Source: a virus (taxonomy: Duplodnaviria; Caudoviricetes). Taken from it: 57,433 nucleotides of DNA. The notes under the pieces were generated by a model that was given only the letters and a program-made list of their open reading frames with translations, was not told where the DNA came from and did not search any database. Positions within the stretch are counted from its first letter, which is position 1; the number at the start of each line of letters is the position of its first letter. Where the stretch lies: positions 1-57,433 of the IMG/VR virus record IMGVR_UViG_3300027903_000008. One strand, written 5' to 3'. A program made the position numbers and the translations under genes. This document shows, one piece after another, positions 44,959 to 55,486 of the stretch.

Positions 44959-45855
44959 CTAGTTTGTGTTCACTGCCCATCCTTTGATGGTCAGGTTCGC
45001 TGCTGCGGCGATGCCAGACACGCCAGGAGCCGCGTTGGTCCCACCTGAAAGATCACACGTGCCGTTACTGAGGCCCGCAGCGTCGAGAGCCACGAGAACA
45101 GCATCAATTTCTGACTGGCTAGCAACAGCGCAGCTCCCCAAAAGAACTGTCGACAGCAACGGGGTGTTGGTTATTGTCACGTGGATGAGCGCGCTGTTTA
45201 CCGCCGACAGGCTATTTAGGGCCGTGCATCCAGACACTATCAAGGTGGTTATGGAAAATGAATTCAATGTTAGCGTAAGAATGGCGGTATTGCCGCTGAG
45301 ATCCAGTGTATACGGCCCCGAAAACTGTGCGCCGGTGAGGCGAAGCACATCGACGGTGCCGATCGGTCCACCTGCGCCCGTGGCTCCGGTATCTCCGGTA
45401 GCACCGGTAGCGCCTGCGCCAGTAGGACCTGTCGCGCCTACGCCAGTCGGACCAGTGTTCCCAGTCGGACCAGTTGTGGTAGAAGTTGGCCCAGTGCTTC
45501 CTGTATTGCCAGTAGGCCCCGTGACCGCGGACGCCGCACCAGTAGCACCGGCTGCCCCTGTAGGACCTGTAGCCGCCACTGCGCCCGTAGCGCCAGTAGG
45601 GCCTGTTACGGTAGACGATGCGCCAGTGTGACCTGTCGCACCTGTTGCACCAGTGGCCCCCGTCACAGCCGGTCCAGTAGCTCCCGTTACGGCTGACCCA
45701 GTAGGACCGGTAGGCCCGCCAAATGGACCAGTAGGACCGAGCGGGCCCGCCGGCCCATTGGGACCGGTCGGTCCTCCGCTCGGGCCAGTCGGCCCGGTAG
45801 CGCCAATCATCGGGTTCGCCGGAACCCTTGCTAGTGGCGGACTAGTGTTAGGCAC
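44959..45855 (-). CDS. Collagen-like protein with C-terminal LRR-like domain
   Basis: GPT tract, then [24 protein letters not shown], ending [11 protein letters not shown]. Confidence 0.85.
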   Translation of the reverse strand: MPNTSPPLARVPANPMIGATGPTGPSGGPTGPNGPAGPLGPTGPFGGPTGPTGSAVTGATGPAVTGATGATGATGHTGASSTVTGPTGATGAVAATGPTGAAGATGAASAVTGPTGNTGSTGPTSTTTGPTGNTGPTGVGATGPTGAGATGATGDTGATGAGGPIGTVDVLRLTGAQFSGPYTLDLSGNTAILTLTLNSFSITTLIVSGCTALNSLSAVNSALIHVTITNTPLLSTVLLGSCAVASQSEIDAVLVALDAAGLSNGTCDLSGGTNAAPGVSGIAAAANLTIKGWAVNTN

Positions 45856-45858
45856 GAA

Positions 45859-46029
45859 TCATTCCTTAGAGGCGTTGGTACCGAGTCGGTCATTCGCGTT
45901 TCGAGGATCGCGCGGCGGCGGATCATCACGTTGCTTTGACAACCAGAATGGGTAGTGATCCCAATAGCGGTTGATTTCCAGCTGGGTCGACTCGTTGATG
46001 ATGACCGGTCTTTTCACAGACGTCTTCAT
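45859..46029 (-). CDS. Small hypothetical protein
   Basis: MKTSVKRPVIIN...; fills the operon gap. Confidence 0.5.
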   Translation of the reverse strand: MKTSVKRPVIINESTQLEINRYWDHYPFWLSKQRDDPPPRDPRNANDRLGTNASKE

Positions 46030-46037
46030 GTCATACG

Positions 46038-46439
46038 CTACGGCTTGCACCACCACGCCACATCTTCCGTGTAGCAGCTCGCCCCGGCGTTCTGCGCCTT
46101 CGCCAATGACGTAGTCCCATTGATGTTGACGCCAACCGGCGGCGTCAACGTAATGCCGCCACTGCCGCTGGCGAACATGCTTACCATCCACCCCGCAGGG
46201 AAGTGCGCACCCGGCGCTGGCATAGTCACCACTTCCGCCCCAGTGTTCTTGAATACTAGAAGAGCACACTGATCCTTAGGAGCGAGCGTGTACGCTGTCT
46301 CTCCCGCCGAGTGGACCTTCGCCGCCGCGCTGTACTGCGGACACTGCCCTTGCTGCGCAAGGGCAGAGCATGATGCGAGCACCATAGCGGCGATGGCCAT
46401 CACCGTCGCAAGGGACACACCAATATACGTCCTCTTCAT
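46038..46439 (-). CDS. Signal-peptide-bearing fibre-domain-like protein
   Basis: Signal ending SALA; AYTLAPKDQCALLVF...VTMPA resembles collagen-fibre tip domains. Confidence 0.7.
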   Translation of the reverse strand: MKRTYIGVSLATVMAIAAMVLASCSALAQQGQCPQYSAAAKVHSAGETAYTLAPKDQCALLVFKNTGAEVVTMPAPGAHFPAGWMVSMFASGSGGITLTPPVGVNINGTTSLAKAQNAGASCYTEDVAWWCKP

Positions 46440-46588
46440 TTGCGCTTGCCCTTCGTCTTCGACTTGCTCTTCTTCGCGAAGTCGCGAAGTTGCTCCTCCG
46501 ACATACCCGTCTTCGTCTTCTTCCCCGCGCGCTTCCGCGCCAACTCCGCACCCATCATCTTACGCTGCTTCTCTGATGAACTTGGCAT
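46436..46588 (-). CDS. DUF3008-like small basic protein
   Basis: MPSSSEKQRKMMGAELARKRAG...MSEEQLRDFAKK. Confidence 0.7.
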   Translation of the reverse strand: MPSSSEKQRKMMGAELARKRAGKKTKTGMSEEQLRDFAKKSKSKTKGKRK

Positions 46589-46594
46589 CTCTGC

Positions 46595-46906
46595 TTACCC
46601 TAGTCCTAACAGCTTGAGGATATTCTGCGCATTCGACAGAACCCACGCCACAGTATTCCTGTCGATCTCGACAGGACCGCCATTCGGCCCGCCCTTGCAC
46701 ACGCCGTCAGTGTACCCAATAATCACCTGAATAGACTTCAGGACATTGGGCGGCAGCGGAGCAGAGACATTGGTTCGGTCTTTAACGGAGTTGTATGCAG
46801 TACACGCCGTGTCAATGGCGCTCTGCGCCGTGGTGAAGAGGGAGTTGCACGCAGCCAGCGCCAACGTGCCAGCCAGTACACAACCGATGATTTTCCCGTG
46901 TGTCAT
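46595..46906 (-). CDS. Lipoprotein
   Basis: LAGTLALAA-C lipobox. Confidence 0.75.
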   Translation of the reverse strand: MTHGKIIGCVLAGTLALAACNSLFTTAQSAIDTACTAYNSVKDRTNVSAPLPPNVLKSIQVIIGYTDGVCKGGPNGGPVEIDRNTVAWVLSNAQNILKLLGLG

Positions 46907-47460
46907 TGTGGTTCTCTCCGTAACGTGAAGTACACAGCCGGCGCGACAGCGACGGCGCCGTAGATGGCGAGCAGTGCAAGCTGTTGTACACTCGGCGCAG
47001 CGAGAATATCATTGGCAAGCAAGTACGCCCCAATGAGCGTCAGCAGCACCGGCGCACGGTCTACGACGAAAGAGGCTAGTTTCGTCAGCCTCTCTACGCT
47101 GCCGTGCAGTATGGCCACCGCTTCGCGACGCGCGGTGGCAACGGCAGTCGTGGGAGAGACTTCGACGTGCTCCTCGTGTGAGGAGACAAACGGCGATGCT
47201 ACGGAACTAGCCGGCGGCTGCGAGCGAGCTTCAGCTCGCTCGGCGCGCTCGCGCTGCGTGTTGGCCTGCGCCACTGCCGCGTCCGTGATTCGCACCAGCT
47301 CGGCATTCTGAGCCCGCAGTACGGCGACCACATCGCTAGGCGGCGCAATCGGGTTCGCCACAGCCTCTGCCTCGTCGAGCTGCGCAGCTGCGACAGCCTG
47401 GAGCTCCATGTCCATCGCCGGCCGCTCCTGTACGATGCTAAGCCGCGTCTTGCGAGGCAC
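46903..47460 (-). CDS. Coiled-coil protein with two C-terminal TM helices
   Basis: PVLLTLIGAYLL and LALLAIYGAVAVAPAVYF. Confidence 0.7.
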   Translation of the reverse strand: MPRKTRLSIVQERPAMDMELQAVAAAQLDEAEAVANPIAPPSDVVAVLRAQNAELVRITDAAVAQANTQRERAERAEARSQPPASSVASPFVSSHEEHVEVSPTTAVATARREAVAILHGSVERLTKLASFVVDRAPVLLTLIGAYLLANDILAAPSVQQLALLAIYGAVAVAPAVYFTLRREPQ

Positions 47461-47472
47461 GAGCCCACTCCA

Positions 47473-47736
47473 TCATGTCTCTTGCTCTTTCCTGTATGCG
47501 TCGAAGGCGTTCATCGGAGGCGGGCCGATCTGTACGCCCTTCCGGCTCGCCTGCCAATACCCCGACAGCGCCTTCAAGCCGTCTATACGCTCGTCGAGCG
47601 TGGTCACGGCGCCCTCGTCGCCGAGCAGCTGATCGGCGATTTTGACGGCGAGAGCGTCGAGCTTCCGCGCCAGCTCGTCTGTCGCCGCGGGCGACGATGG
47701 TACAAGCGCGATGACAGGGCTTGACTTCTTCGGCAT
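47473..47736 (-). CDS. Hypothetical protein
   Basis: 87 aa, helical. Confidence 0.65.
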   Translation of the reverse strand: MPKKSSPVIALVPSSPAATDELARKLDALAVKIADQLLGDEGAVTTLDERIDGLKALSGYWQASRKGVQIGPPPMNAFDAYRKEQET

Positions 47737-47754
47737 ATCGTGGGGCAGCCTACA

Positions 47755-50709
47755 TCATCTCGCGCCGGTTTTATAGCGCGGCGTCGGAGCCGCCTCACCC
47801 CCACCGCTCTCTTCGAGAGCGGTCCCGACACCGGCTCCTACAGCACCGCCGATCTTCATCGCCCGCCTGATTGCATCCCTCGCCGCATATCGGCTGGCCG
47901 GCGGACCCTTAAGTCCAGCTACCGCAAGCCTCAGCAGTGGTCCCGACGAGAGTTGCGTCACTGTCTTGTAGTACAGACCAAGCATCTGCCGCGCTAGCCA
48001 GTCAACGCCGGGCACTTTCGCATGCCTGAACAACCCCGTTGGGTCGGCCAAACTAGCCGTTGGGTTAAGCACTCTCGCTTCGGCCGCAATCGACATGCCA
48101 GCCCCCGATGCACCACTGCCGAGAATAAACGGCATATCCCTCGCGAGCTGCACCAACTCGTCTCGCGTCGTACCAGGAAACCATATCTGCTGCACCGACC
48201 CAGGTATAACCTCTTCAAGCGTACGGTGTAGCCGCGTCGTCGCCCCGAGCGACCGTTGCAATAGACGCCACGCCGCGACCTGCCGCAACGCCGTCGCCTC
48301 GGGGCTTGCAGCCCCGAACCTCGCTACAGCCGCAAGGCTGAGATCCGGGTCGCGTAGTATCGTCGTAGCGGCTTCGATACCCTTCTCGGTGTGTGCCAAA
48401 AACCCTAGTGGGTCTTTCGCCCTCGCCGCTGCCATCTCGCCGGCCTCGCGAGAGTACTGATGCTCGATAACTTTCGTCTCCTCCGCGAGCGTACCAAGTG
48501 GGTTCGTCTTCGCAACGGCCGCCGCCTCTGCCTTATAGTCCATCGCTCTCTGTAAGAGTGTCGCAACCGTGTCGCCAGGCAGGTACTTCAGTGGTATCTG
48601 CCCTTCCGATGCTAGTATCTGCTGAGCAAGCCGCGTGGACTTCGCCGATATGTCGTTGGGGCTCCATACCGCCTCGCGCACTCTGTTGCTTACTTGCTTG
48701 GCGAACGCAACGGCGTCCAAGCCCTCGCCGAGCTTGCTCGTCGCGACCATCTTGTCCACGTCGGCCGCATGCACAGCCTTCCAAAGGTCGGGACCTAGCA
48801 GTCGCCGGACAGTCTCCCTCTCCGCCGTCGCATCAGGCTTAAACACAATGTCCGCCAGCTTGTTAGCATCACCCACGAACCTATCGCCGCGCGGCCCAGT
48901 CCGCATCTTCTTTACGAGCAGATTGACCATCTCCGCATCGTACTTGCTAAGGTTTCGCTCAGCATAAGCGTCAGCCGCATCAATGATCTTCACACCGGCC
49001 TGCACCTGAAGGGACTGCTGCGGCGAGTGTAAGGCTCTATTGATCATGCCGGCGAGGTTGCGCTTTACGCCTTCCGCCACATCCGCATATGGCGTCATAG
49101 GGCTGGTCGCAGATCGCGCGAGCGTCCTAGCGCCATGCAGCTTCTCTAGAGTGACGCGATTCTGCATCACCATTTCGTCGAGCGTTTGCACAAGGCTAGG
49201 CCAATACCGCTCCATCTCCCTCGGTCTACTACTGACGAGAGATTGCAGCTCGGGGAAAACGGTGTCGAGACGCACTCCCGTCTCGCTCGCAGCGGCATAA
49301 GCCGACGCATATCGCGTGCGAAGATTTGCTTGTATGCCACTGTGTATCGAGTCTAGCTTGTCACCGGCTGCTCGCCAAAGCGCCGACGGGTTCTTGTCGG
49401 CCCCGACGGCCTTTAGGGCCGTACCAACGTCGTTGCGCACGTCGGCAATACCAACGTCTATCGCCCTCTCTGCGGCCTTGCGAGACTCCGTCTCAGCGGC
49501 TTGCAGAATGGATAGAGTGCTCTCTCGCGCGGCGGCTTCGCCATGCCGCGTAGTCTGCGTCGTGTACAACGCCGCGTCTCTCGCCGCGGCGAGCTTCGCG
49601 TCGGTCCGCGCAACTTCGTCACGCGCAGTGCGCATTGCTATCTCGCCGGCCCGCTCTAACGGCACTGGCTTCGTCGCAGTCGTAAGCGGCTCCCTCAGCG
49701 CCGGATCAACGCCAAGCTCCGTAAGTATCTTACCCGCTCTCTGTTCGTAGTGAGCTCGTGCTGGGTCCTCGAATACTCTCTTGCCGTAGAAGCGAGGGTA
49801 GAACACCTCAACCACATCGCGAAAATACGGTGCCTCAGGATAGATGTTGGATGGGCGAGGAATGATGTCTAGTGGCAGACCCGTCTTTAGGTCAGTCTCT
49901 TTGGTGAGACGAGCGGCCTGTTCGACAGCTTCCGGTACACGCTGTGCACCGAGCAGGTTCGATACGAACGATGGCAGCCCGATTCCACTCTTAGTGACTG
50001 CCGCCTTGATGGCCGGCGCAACCGCACTAACCGCCCGACCTACGGACGTACCGACTCCGCCGGCTCCGCCAGCTAGTCCAAGCTCGCCCGCTTCGCGGCC
50101 CACCGAGCGGTCGTACACTCCCGCCAGGCCAAGTATCATATCGTTGAACGCCTGGCCGGCGACGGCTCCGCCTGCTCCGCCGGCCACCGCACCAGGCAGG
50201 TTGCCCAGTGCTGCACCGCCGATCTCTCCTGCAACGCTACCAATTGTAGGAGCCGCGGCGGCCCCCACGAACCCAACAGCCTTGGACACGCCACGGCCTG
50301 GCTTCAACAATCCCTCAGCCGACTCGACATACATCTCCCCGAACGGATCACGCTTAACGCTCCCCTCACCATAAAACTTGCTGAGAACATTGTACCGCTC
50401 TTTGTCTGTCGCGGCCATATCATACAGTGTCTGCGTGACAGGACCGACGCCGCTATACTTCGGCTTGTACCGGATCTGCCCTTGTGGATCGTAGAACGGA
50501 TCGCCCTCAGGTACATGTCCAAACTCACGTACGTCCTTTGGCATCCAAGGCTTCTGTCGCACCTTGTCCGTAGGATCGATCCACCGTGAACCAGGCGGTA
50601 GCACACTAAGGTCCCCCTGGCTGGTGATCTTCGGGAACGGCTGTGGCCCTCGCCCCATAGGCGGAGAGGGCATAAAGCCTAGTGGATCTGGTGCAATATC
50701 GTCGGCCAT
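47755..50709 (-). CDS. Large internal virion (DNA ejection) protein
   Basis: 984 aa, Ala/Gly-rich and helical; last of three consecutive ejection-type genes. Confidence 0.75.
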   Translation of the reverse strand: MADDIAPDPLGFMPSPPMGRGPQPFPKITSQGDLSVLPPGSRWIDPTDKVRQKPWMPKDVREFGHVPEGDPFYDPQGQIRYKPKYSGVGPVTQTLYDMAATDKERYNVLSKFYGEGSVKRDPFGEMYVESAEGLLKPGRGVSKAVGFVGAAAAPTIGSVAGEIGGAALGNLPGAVAGGAGGAVAGQAFNDMILGLAGVYDRSVGREAGELGLAGGAGGVGTSVGRAVSAVAPAIKAAVTKSGIGLPSFVSNLLGAQRVPEAVEQAARLTKETDLKTGLPLDIIPRPSNIYPEAPYFRDVVEVFYPRFYGKRVFEDPARAHYEQRAGKILTELGVDPALREPLTTATKPVPLERAGEIAMRTARDEVARTDAKLAAARDAALYTTQTTRHGEAAARESTLSILQAAETESRKAAERAIDVGIADVRNDVGTALKAVGADKNPSALWRAAGDKLDSIHSGIQANLRTRYASAYAAASETGVRLDTVFPELQSLVSSRPREMERYWPSLVQTLDEMVMQNRVTLEKLHGARTLARSATSPMTPYADVAEGVKRNLAGMINRALHSPQQSLQVQAGVKIIDAADAYAERNLSKYDAEMVNLLVKKMRTGPRGDRFVGDANKLADIVFKPDATAERETVRRLLGPDLWKAVHAADVDKMVATSKLGEGLDAVAFAKQVSNRVREAVWSPNDISAKSTRLAQQILASEGQIPLKYLPGDTVATLLQRAMDYKAEAAAVAKTNPLGTLAEETKVIEHQYSREAGEMAAARAKDPLGFLAHTEKGIEAATTILRDPDLSLAAVARFGAASPEATALRQVAAWRLLQRSLGATTRLHRTLEEVIPGSVQQIWFPGTTRDELVQLARDMPFILGSGASGAGMSIAAEARVLNPTASLADPTGLFRHAKVPGVDWLARQMLGLYYKTVTQLSSGPLLRLAVAGLKGPPASRYAARDAIRRAMKIGGAVGAGVGTALEESGGGEAAPTPRYKTGAR

Positions 50710-50728
50710 TCTACGAATCTCGGATATC

Positions 50729-52780
50729 TTACTGCGGCGGCGCCAGTGGCGAACTCTCCCACCAGTTGGTAGGAGGAGCCGGCCCAGCCGACCCGCTCAT
50801 CGGTGTAGTCAACGCACCCGACGTCGCCGCAGGCGGCGATTCCCCTCGTTGTTCACGTGGCTTCCACTCTCCCTTCAACTGAAGCTGAAGGTCCTGCCGA
50901 TGGTTCTTGTAGATGTCCTGAATGCGCTCCAGAGAGCGTATAGTATTCTTCGCGAGATCACCCATTCGCAGACCACCGATGATAGCGTTGATCTCGCCTG
51001 CTTCGGCAGATAGTGGGCGCCCCTGACGGTCCAATAGCAGTGTAGGAGCAGCAAACTTTAGATAGTTGATATTGCGCTCGAACTGCACCCGATCCGTTTC
51101 ATCTGAGCCAAACAAGTCACCGACTCGCTCTCCAAGCCTGGTAACGCGGCCAGCCGTACCGGAAATCCCGACATGTCTGTCTAGCATGCCGATGGACTCG
51201 TCGAGGAACCCAAGAGAGTCCGCGTACAGACTGTCCCTCGCCTGTAGTCGCTGCTGCTCGTTGCCAGTAATACCCCCCTTCTCCACAAAGTGCGTAATTG
51301 ATGTCTTCTCTTCTCCCGTGAGCGGCCGGTGAAGTTTCTCCTCTAGTTCTTGCTGTTGCTGCCGCACCTCATGTATTTTCTCGCCGGCCATAGTCCCGGT
51401 CGACCGCCACTCGTCATACGCCTGTCGGGCTACCTTGTTCTCCTCGTCGAGCGACAGGCCACCCCCAGCCTTCTCCCTCGCCGATTCGACGGCATTCGCC
51501 ACATAATTCTGCACGCCTCCCACTCTGCCACCATGCCCCATAGAAGCTATCCTAGCGTCATCGAGACGCTTAGTCTCTGCCAGTCTATCTATTGCAAGCT
51601 GGTTGCTGGCTTGCCACTGTCGTAGGCTCTTCTCATCGCTAATCTGCGCGAGAGCACCCGTCTGTTCATGCCCAAGCAGCGACGCGATCACATGTACCTT
51701 CTGCATGCGCTCGCCGGCCTGCAACTTCTCGTCGTCAAGCACATCCCGCAGCTGGTCATGCTGAAACTGCGCCATCTTCAACAGCATGTCTGTGTGGTGC
51801 TTCCACTGCTCCCTCTGGTATTGGTAGGTAGCTTCGTCCTGCTTGTTGTACGCCTCCATCGCGGCTCCGCCGGCATTGAGCGCGGCCATAAGCGGCTGCT
51901 TGGTGAGGAGCCCGCCGAGTATGCCGACTACCGTCGCTAGCCCGCCTAGGCGCTGCATCGCGTCGCGAGGATCGGCCTGCGGAGGCTTCTCCGAGAGCTC
52001 CAATGCGTGACGCTCGTAGTCGAGCATCTTCGTGCGCGCCTCGTCCAACCGTCGCCACGTATCCTTGTCGCGACCGCCAGTGCTGCGCACATCGTCGAGC
52101 AGCTTGCCGACCTGTTCGTTGATAGTGCGTAGCTGCGCCTGCCCTTCGCCCGCATTCGGTATCGGCTGGCCTTTCGAGTTGACCGGCCCAAGCGATGCGT
52201 ACTGGCCGGCAAGTCGGCCATAGTCGACCGCACCCGCCTTCGACGCCTCTATCAAATTGTGACCGTTGGCATCCCTCCCGTATGTCTTTATCATCCAATA
52301 AGCGTTGCCGAAGTCTTGGTCTTTACGGCTGCCGAAATCGAGTGTGCGTCCGAATCTCTGCTGCACCTCGGTTGCGATCTGCCGCCAAGTGCCAGGCTGG
52401 TCCCCATAACCACCAGCCGCATGCGACATTCCCGCCGGTCCTTGCCGCCCCGGCCACGAAGGAAAACCAAAGTTTCCCCCGCCGTACAACGCATCATACT
52501 TGCCGCCCGACTCTCCGCCTTTGACTTTGTCGAGCACAGGGTATAGTGCAGGATCTATATCACCAGCGTACCTAGCCGGCTGCGCCGTCGCAGATACTGG
52601 TGTGCCAAGCCCGCCGCCAGTCTGTGTCACAGGTGTCTGCGATGACGCGGACTGTGCCGCGTTCCGCATCGTGTCCCCGGAAGTGTCGGCGAGAAACGGC
52701 GGCGGCATACGCCGCGCCAGCGGCGGAACGTCCGTTCGATCGTCGCGTACCGGCGATATATCGGCCCTAGCTTCGCTCAC
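50729..52780 (-). CDS. Internal virion protein with lysozyme-like domain
   Basis: GGESGGKYDALYGG...SHAAGGYG...TW...DFGSRKDQD...LAGQYASL resembles the lambda-lysozyme fold. Confidence 0.75.
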   Translation of the reverse strand: MSEARADISPVRDDRTDVPPLARRMPPPFLADTSGDTMRNAAQSASSQTPVTQTGGGLGTPVSATAQPARYAGDIDPALYPVLDKVKGGESGGKYDALYGGGNFGFPSWPGRQGPAGMSHAAGGYGDQPGTWRQIATEVQQRFGRTLDFGSRKDQDFGNAYWMIKTYGRDANGHNLIEASKAGAVDYGRLAGQYASLGPVNSKGQPIPNAGEGQAQLRTINEQVGKLLDDVRSTGGRDKDTWRRLDEARTKMLDYERHALELSEKPPQADPRDAMQRLGGLATVVGILGGLLTKQPLMAALNAGGAAMEAYNKQDEATYQYQREQWKHHTDMLLKMAQFQHDQLRDVLDDEKLQAGERMQKVHVIASLLGHEQTGALAQISDEKSLRQWQASNQLAIDRLAETKRLDDARIASMGHGGRVGGVQNYVANAVESAREKAGGGLSLDEENKVARQAYDEWRSTGTMAGEKIHEVRQQQQELEEKLHRPLTGEEKTSITHFVEKGGITGNEQQRLQARDSLYADSLGFLDESIGMLDRHVGISGTAGRVTRLGERVGDLFGSDETDRVQFERNINYLKFAAPTLLLDRQGRPLSAEAGEINAIIGGLRMGDLAKNTIRSLERIQDIYKNHRQDLQLQLKGEWKPREQRGESPPAATSGALTTPMSGSAGPAPPTNWWESSPLAPPQ

Positions 52781-52791
52781 GCGGCTCTATC

Positions 52792-54033
52792 CTATGCTTG
52801 TTGGTTTACGCCGCTGCGTAGAAACGCCTCATCATTGGATGGCGAGCGCGTGGATTGCGCAACAGCCGGCCCGGCGATACCACCCGCGAAGCGAGCCAAC
52901 GCCAACTGTAGCGCTTCGTCCTGCTTGATCTTCGCGTTCATGAGCTGCGTCAGATCCTGTCCGGCCATACTCTCGGCCGTCTGCGCTCCCGTCACTTCGC
53001 TCAAGCCGATCTGCGCCAAGCCCTTAGCCGCGTTGAACTTCTGTACGGCCGCCTCTTGGTCCACCTGCGCGAGCTGCTCCTTCGCCATCGTCGAGGTAGG
53101 ATTGATGCCCATCGCTGCGAAGCTGCTGCGTATCTGCGCCTTCGCCGCGTTCGCGGCCTGATCGATGGCAGCATGCGTACCTACCGGCAGGGCTCCAGTC
53201 ACTGGTGCATTGATGTTCTGTGTAGCCTGTGCCATCAACTGCCCGGCTTCGCCGCTGAGCTGGTTCGCGTGCGTCTGTATCGGCCCAGCACCAGGTATAG
53301 CCCCTCGATTCATAAGCGTAGCCGCCAGCAATCCGCCGCCAGCTAGTGGCAGCCCTGGGTTCTTCGCGATATAGTCGCCGATGTTCGATATTGCCCCCCC
53401 AATGCCGCCACCTGCGGTGGCGGGCGACGTGGCGGCATCGATGGCCGCTTGGTTCACGGTCCTCTGATTGTCTGTGTTAGGGTCCGACGCATACGCGTCG
53501 TACGGAATATCACCACCCCCGCTCCCGCCGCCGCCAGCCGCTGGCGACCCAGTAGCAACGGTCGGGGCATCACCTATTGTAGAGGAGCCGGTGAACACTT
53601 CGGAGGGGAGATTGGCCTGACTCTGCCCCAGTGGTGCGAACCCGCCGCCGCCACCCAGCAGAGATGACGCGGTATTGACGACTGGTGGCACTGTTCCGAG
53701 CAAGGTACCTGCCGACGGGAAGCCACCGCCGATACCGGCCGATGTAGCGCCGGCCACTTCCGCCGCCGTAGGTGCCGCGGCCGCACCAGCTGCGCCGGCA
53801 GCGCCAAGTCCACCAGTAAAGTCGGTCGCGAGAGCATCGCCGGCAGCAAGAGCCGTCTCGCCGACACCGGTCGCAGCGGCCTCGCCGCCCGCAGTAGCCG
53901 CCTCTGCCGCTCCAACGCCAGCAGTGGCCGCTTCACCTACGCCAAAGAGTGCCGGTCCAATGAATGGCGCTGCTACCGCAGCCGCCGCTCCGAGGAACGG
54001 CAACGCCTTCTGTAGGAATCCATGCTTTGCCAT
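52792..54033 (-). CDS. DNA transfer/pilot-type internal virion protein
   Basis: Gly/Ala-rich hydrophobic N-terminus; Gln/Ala helical C-terminus. Confidence 0.7.
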   Translation of the reverse strand: MAKHGFLQKALPFLGAAAAVAAPFIGPALFGVGEAATAGVGAAEAATAGGEAAATGVGETALAAGDALATDFTGGLGAAGAAGAAAAPTAAEVAGATSAGIGGGFPSAGTLLGTVPPVVNTASSLLGGGGGFAPLGQSQANLPSEVFTGSSTIGDAPTVATGSPAAGGGGSGGGDIPYDAYASDPNTDNQRTVNQAAIDAATSPATAGGGIGGAISNIGDYIAKNPGLPLAGGGLLAATLMNRGAIPGAGPIQTHANQLSGEAGQLMAQATQNINAPVTGALPVGTHAAIDQAANAAKAQIRSSFAAMGINPTSTMAKEQLAQVDQEAAVQKFNAAKGLAQIGLSEVTGAQTAESMAGQDLTQLMNAKIKQDEALQLALARFAGGIAGPAVAQSTRSPSNDEAFLRSGVNQQA

Positions 54034-54044
54034 CTCTACGAGCC

Positions 54045-54362
54045 CTAGCTTATTGCCCACCTCAAGAGATCAGCTCTCGCCGCTCGTGCAGCAATAGAGC
54101 CCTCGTGCAGCAATAGCGCTACAAGCCACGCCGTCGTGAAGTCATGCAAATCAACCCAATCCTTTTCCCTCATGTGCTGTGGCCAAACGTATTTCGGGTA
54201 ATCTTTGAGAAGACGGCTTTTATCAATGGCATACTTCCCATCCAAGCACTCGATCCCATACTCAGTTACAGCCCATTGCCGTCCCTTCCACCAGATAGTG
54301 TCAAGTCTACCTCCCGAAACTTCTACCAACTCATCCTGACAGTCAATAGACATAGTCATCAC
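54045..54362 (-). CDS. Hypothetical protein (lower GC insertion)
   Basis: WWKGRQWAVTEYGIE...WPQHMREKDWVD. Confidence 0.7.
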   Translation of the reverse strand: MMTMSIDCQDELVEVSGGRLDTIWWKGRQWAVTEYGIECLDGKYAIDKSRLLKDYPKYVWPQHMREKDWVDLHDFTTAWLVALLLHEGSIAARAARADLLRWAIS

Positions 54363-55135
54363 TCCGCTTGCTGCGCAGCAGCCTTCGCCGCGTCGATCTC
54401 CGCCTGCGACTTGAACCGGCCATCCGTCTTAGTTGCAGCCGCCAATGCTCGCTCCGCTCGCATAGTCTCTAGATCGTACACGTACGACGTGGTCACGCGG
54501 TGCCCTCCTAGCCGCTCCGCGAACGGCGCAAGATCCACATCCTCGTCGACATCGTTCGCGAAGCGAAACTCCACTGCGTTGATACTATCGGCCCAGTCCA
54601 GCGCCGCCTGGTAGATCCGCACAACCTCGGCGTCTATATTGCGCTGGCCGCCTATCACGCCGTCCTTGCCGCGGCTCACTACGAACACGTCGAAGACTGT
54701 CGGTAGCGGTTCCCACGGCATACGCTCGACCATAAAGAGACCGAAGGCGTGGTCGGTGCGGAGGAACTTGAACGGGTGTCCTTGACACGCCGTGCGCAGC
54801 AGCGGCAGCATACCCTCGCGCGTACACCGCGGATGTCGCCGCGTAAAGCGTGGTATACCCCACAACAGTCCCTCTTCGAGGTCGGCCTCTGTGACCGGCC
54901 GCACGTGATTGGAGACGCCGCGGCCCGGCAGCTTGTGCGAGCCAGTGTACTGCCGTAGCGTCAGCGATGTAGGCTCCCCGGCGCTACGCGCCGGCTCAGT
55001 AGGATCCGGCCGTTCCGGCTTCACCATCTCGTCGAGGCTCGCCACCAACGGCATCTTTATGTTCTTCGCCCGTCGAGCCTCTGGCCCGACTCCGTATTTC
55101 GCCTCGTTGATCTCTGTTTGCGTCAACTGTGCCAT
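54359..55135 (-). CDS. GNAT-fold virion assembly protein
   Basis: VRPVTEADL...ALDWADSINAVEFRF...FAERLG; GNATs commonly precede podovirus ejection genes. Confidence 0.6.
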   Translation of the reverse strand: MAQLTQTEINEAKYGVGPEARRAKNIKMPLVASLDEMVKPERPDPTEPARSAGEPTSLTLRQYTGSHKLPGRGVSNHVRPVTEADLEEGLLWGIPRFTRRHPRCTREGMLPLLRTACQGHPFKFLRTDHAFGLFMVERMPWEPLPTVFDVFVVSRGKDGVIGGQRNIDAEVVRIYQAALDWADSINAVEFRFANDVDEDVDLAPFAERLGGHRVTTSYVYDLETMRAERALAAATKTDGRFKSQAEIDAAKAAAQQAE

Positions 55136-55150
55136 AGCTCGCTCCACTCG

Positions 55151-55486
55151 CTATATCCCAAGTACCTGCCGCCAAAGCCGATGCTCTTCTCGATGCAGCC
55201 AAATCCAATTCGCGAGTTTCTCTTCATCCTCAAAGTCGATCTCTTCGAGATCATTGCTGCCGGTGCCGAGCACGTCGTTGGTATTGATATGCATAGTAGA
55301 ATGCATTGCTGCCCATCCTGTCAAGTCCGCATGATTTATAGGCTCTATCGGCAGACTGATGATGCTCCCGCGCTTCTGCCGAAGTGCCGCAGCAGCCACC
55401 TCATTGTGTTCCGCGGCGTTAGCGATTGAAAATTCGCTGAGGTCTGCCGGCGAGGCCGGCACTTTGAAAAGGGTTGCAAGGCTCAC
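55151..55486 (-). CDS. Virion-region hypothetical protein (His-patterned)
   Basis: AEH...MHSTMH...WIWLHREEH. Confidence 0.7.
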   Translation of the reverse strand: MSLATLFKVPASPADLSEFSIANAAEHNEVAAAALRQKRGSIISLPIEPINHADLTGWAAMHSTMHINTNDVLGTGSNDLEEIDFEDEEKLANWIWLHREEHRLWRQVLGI

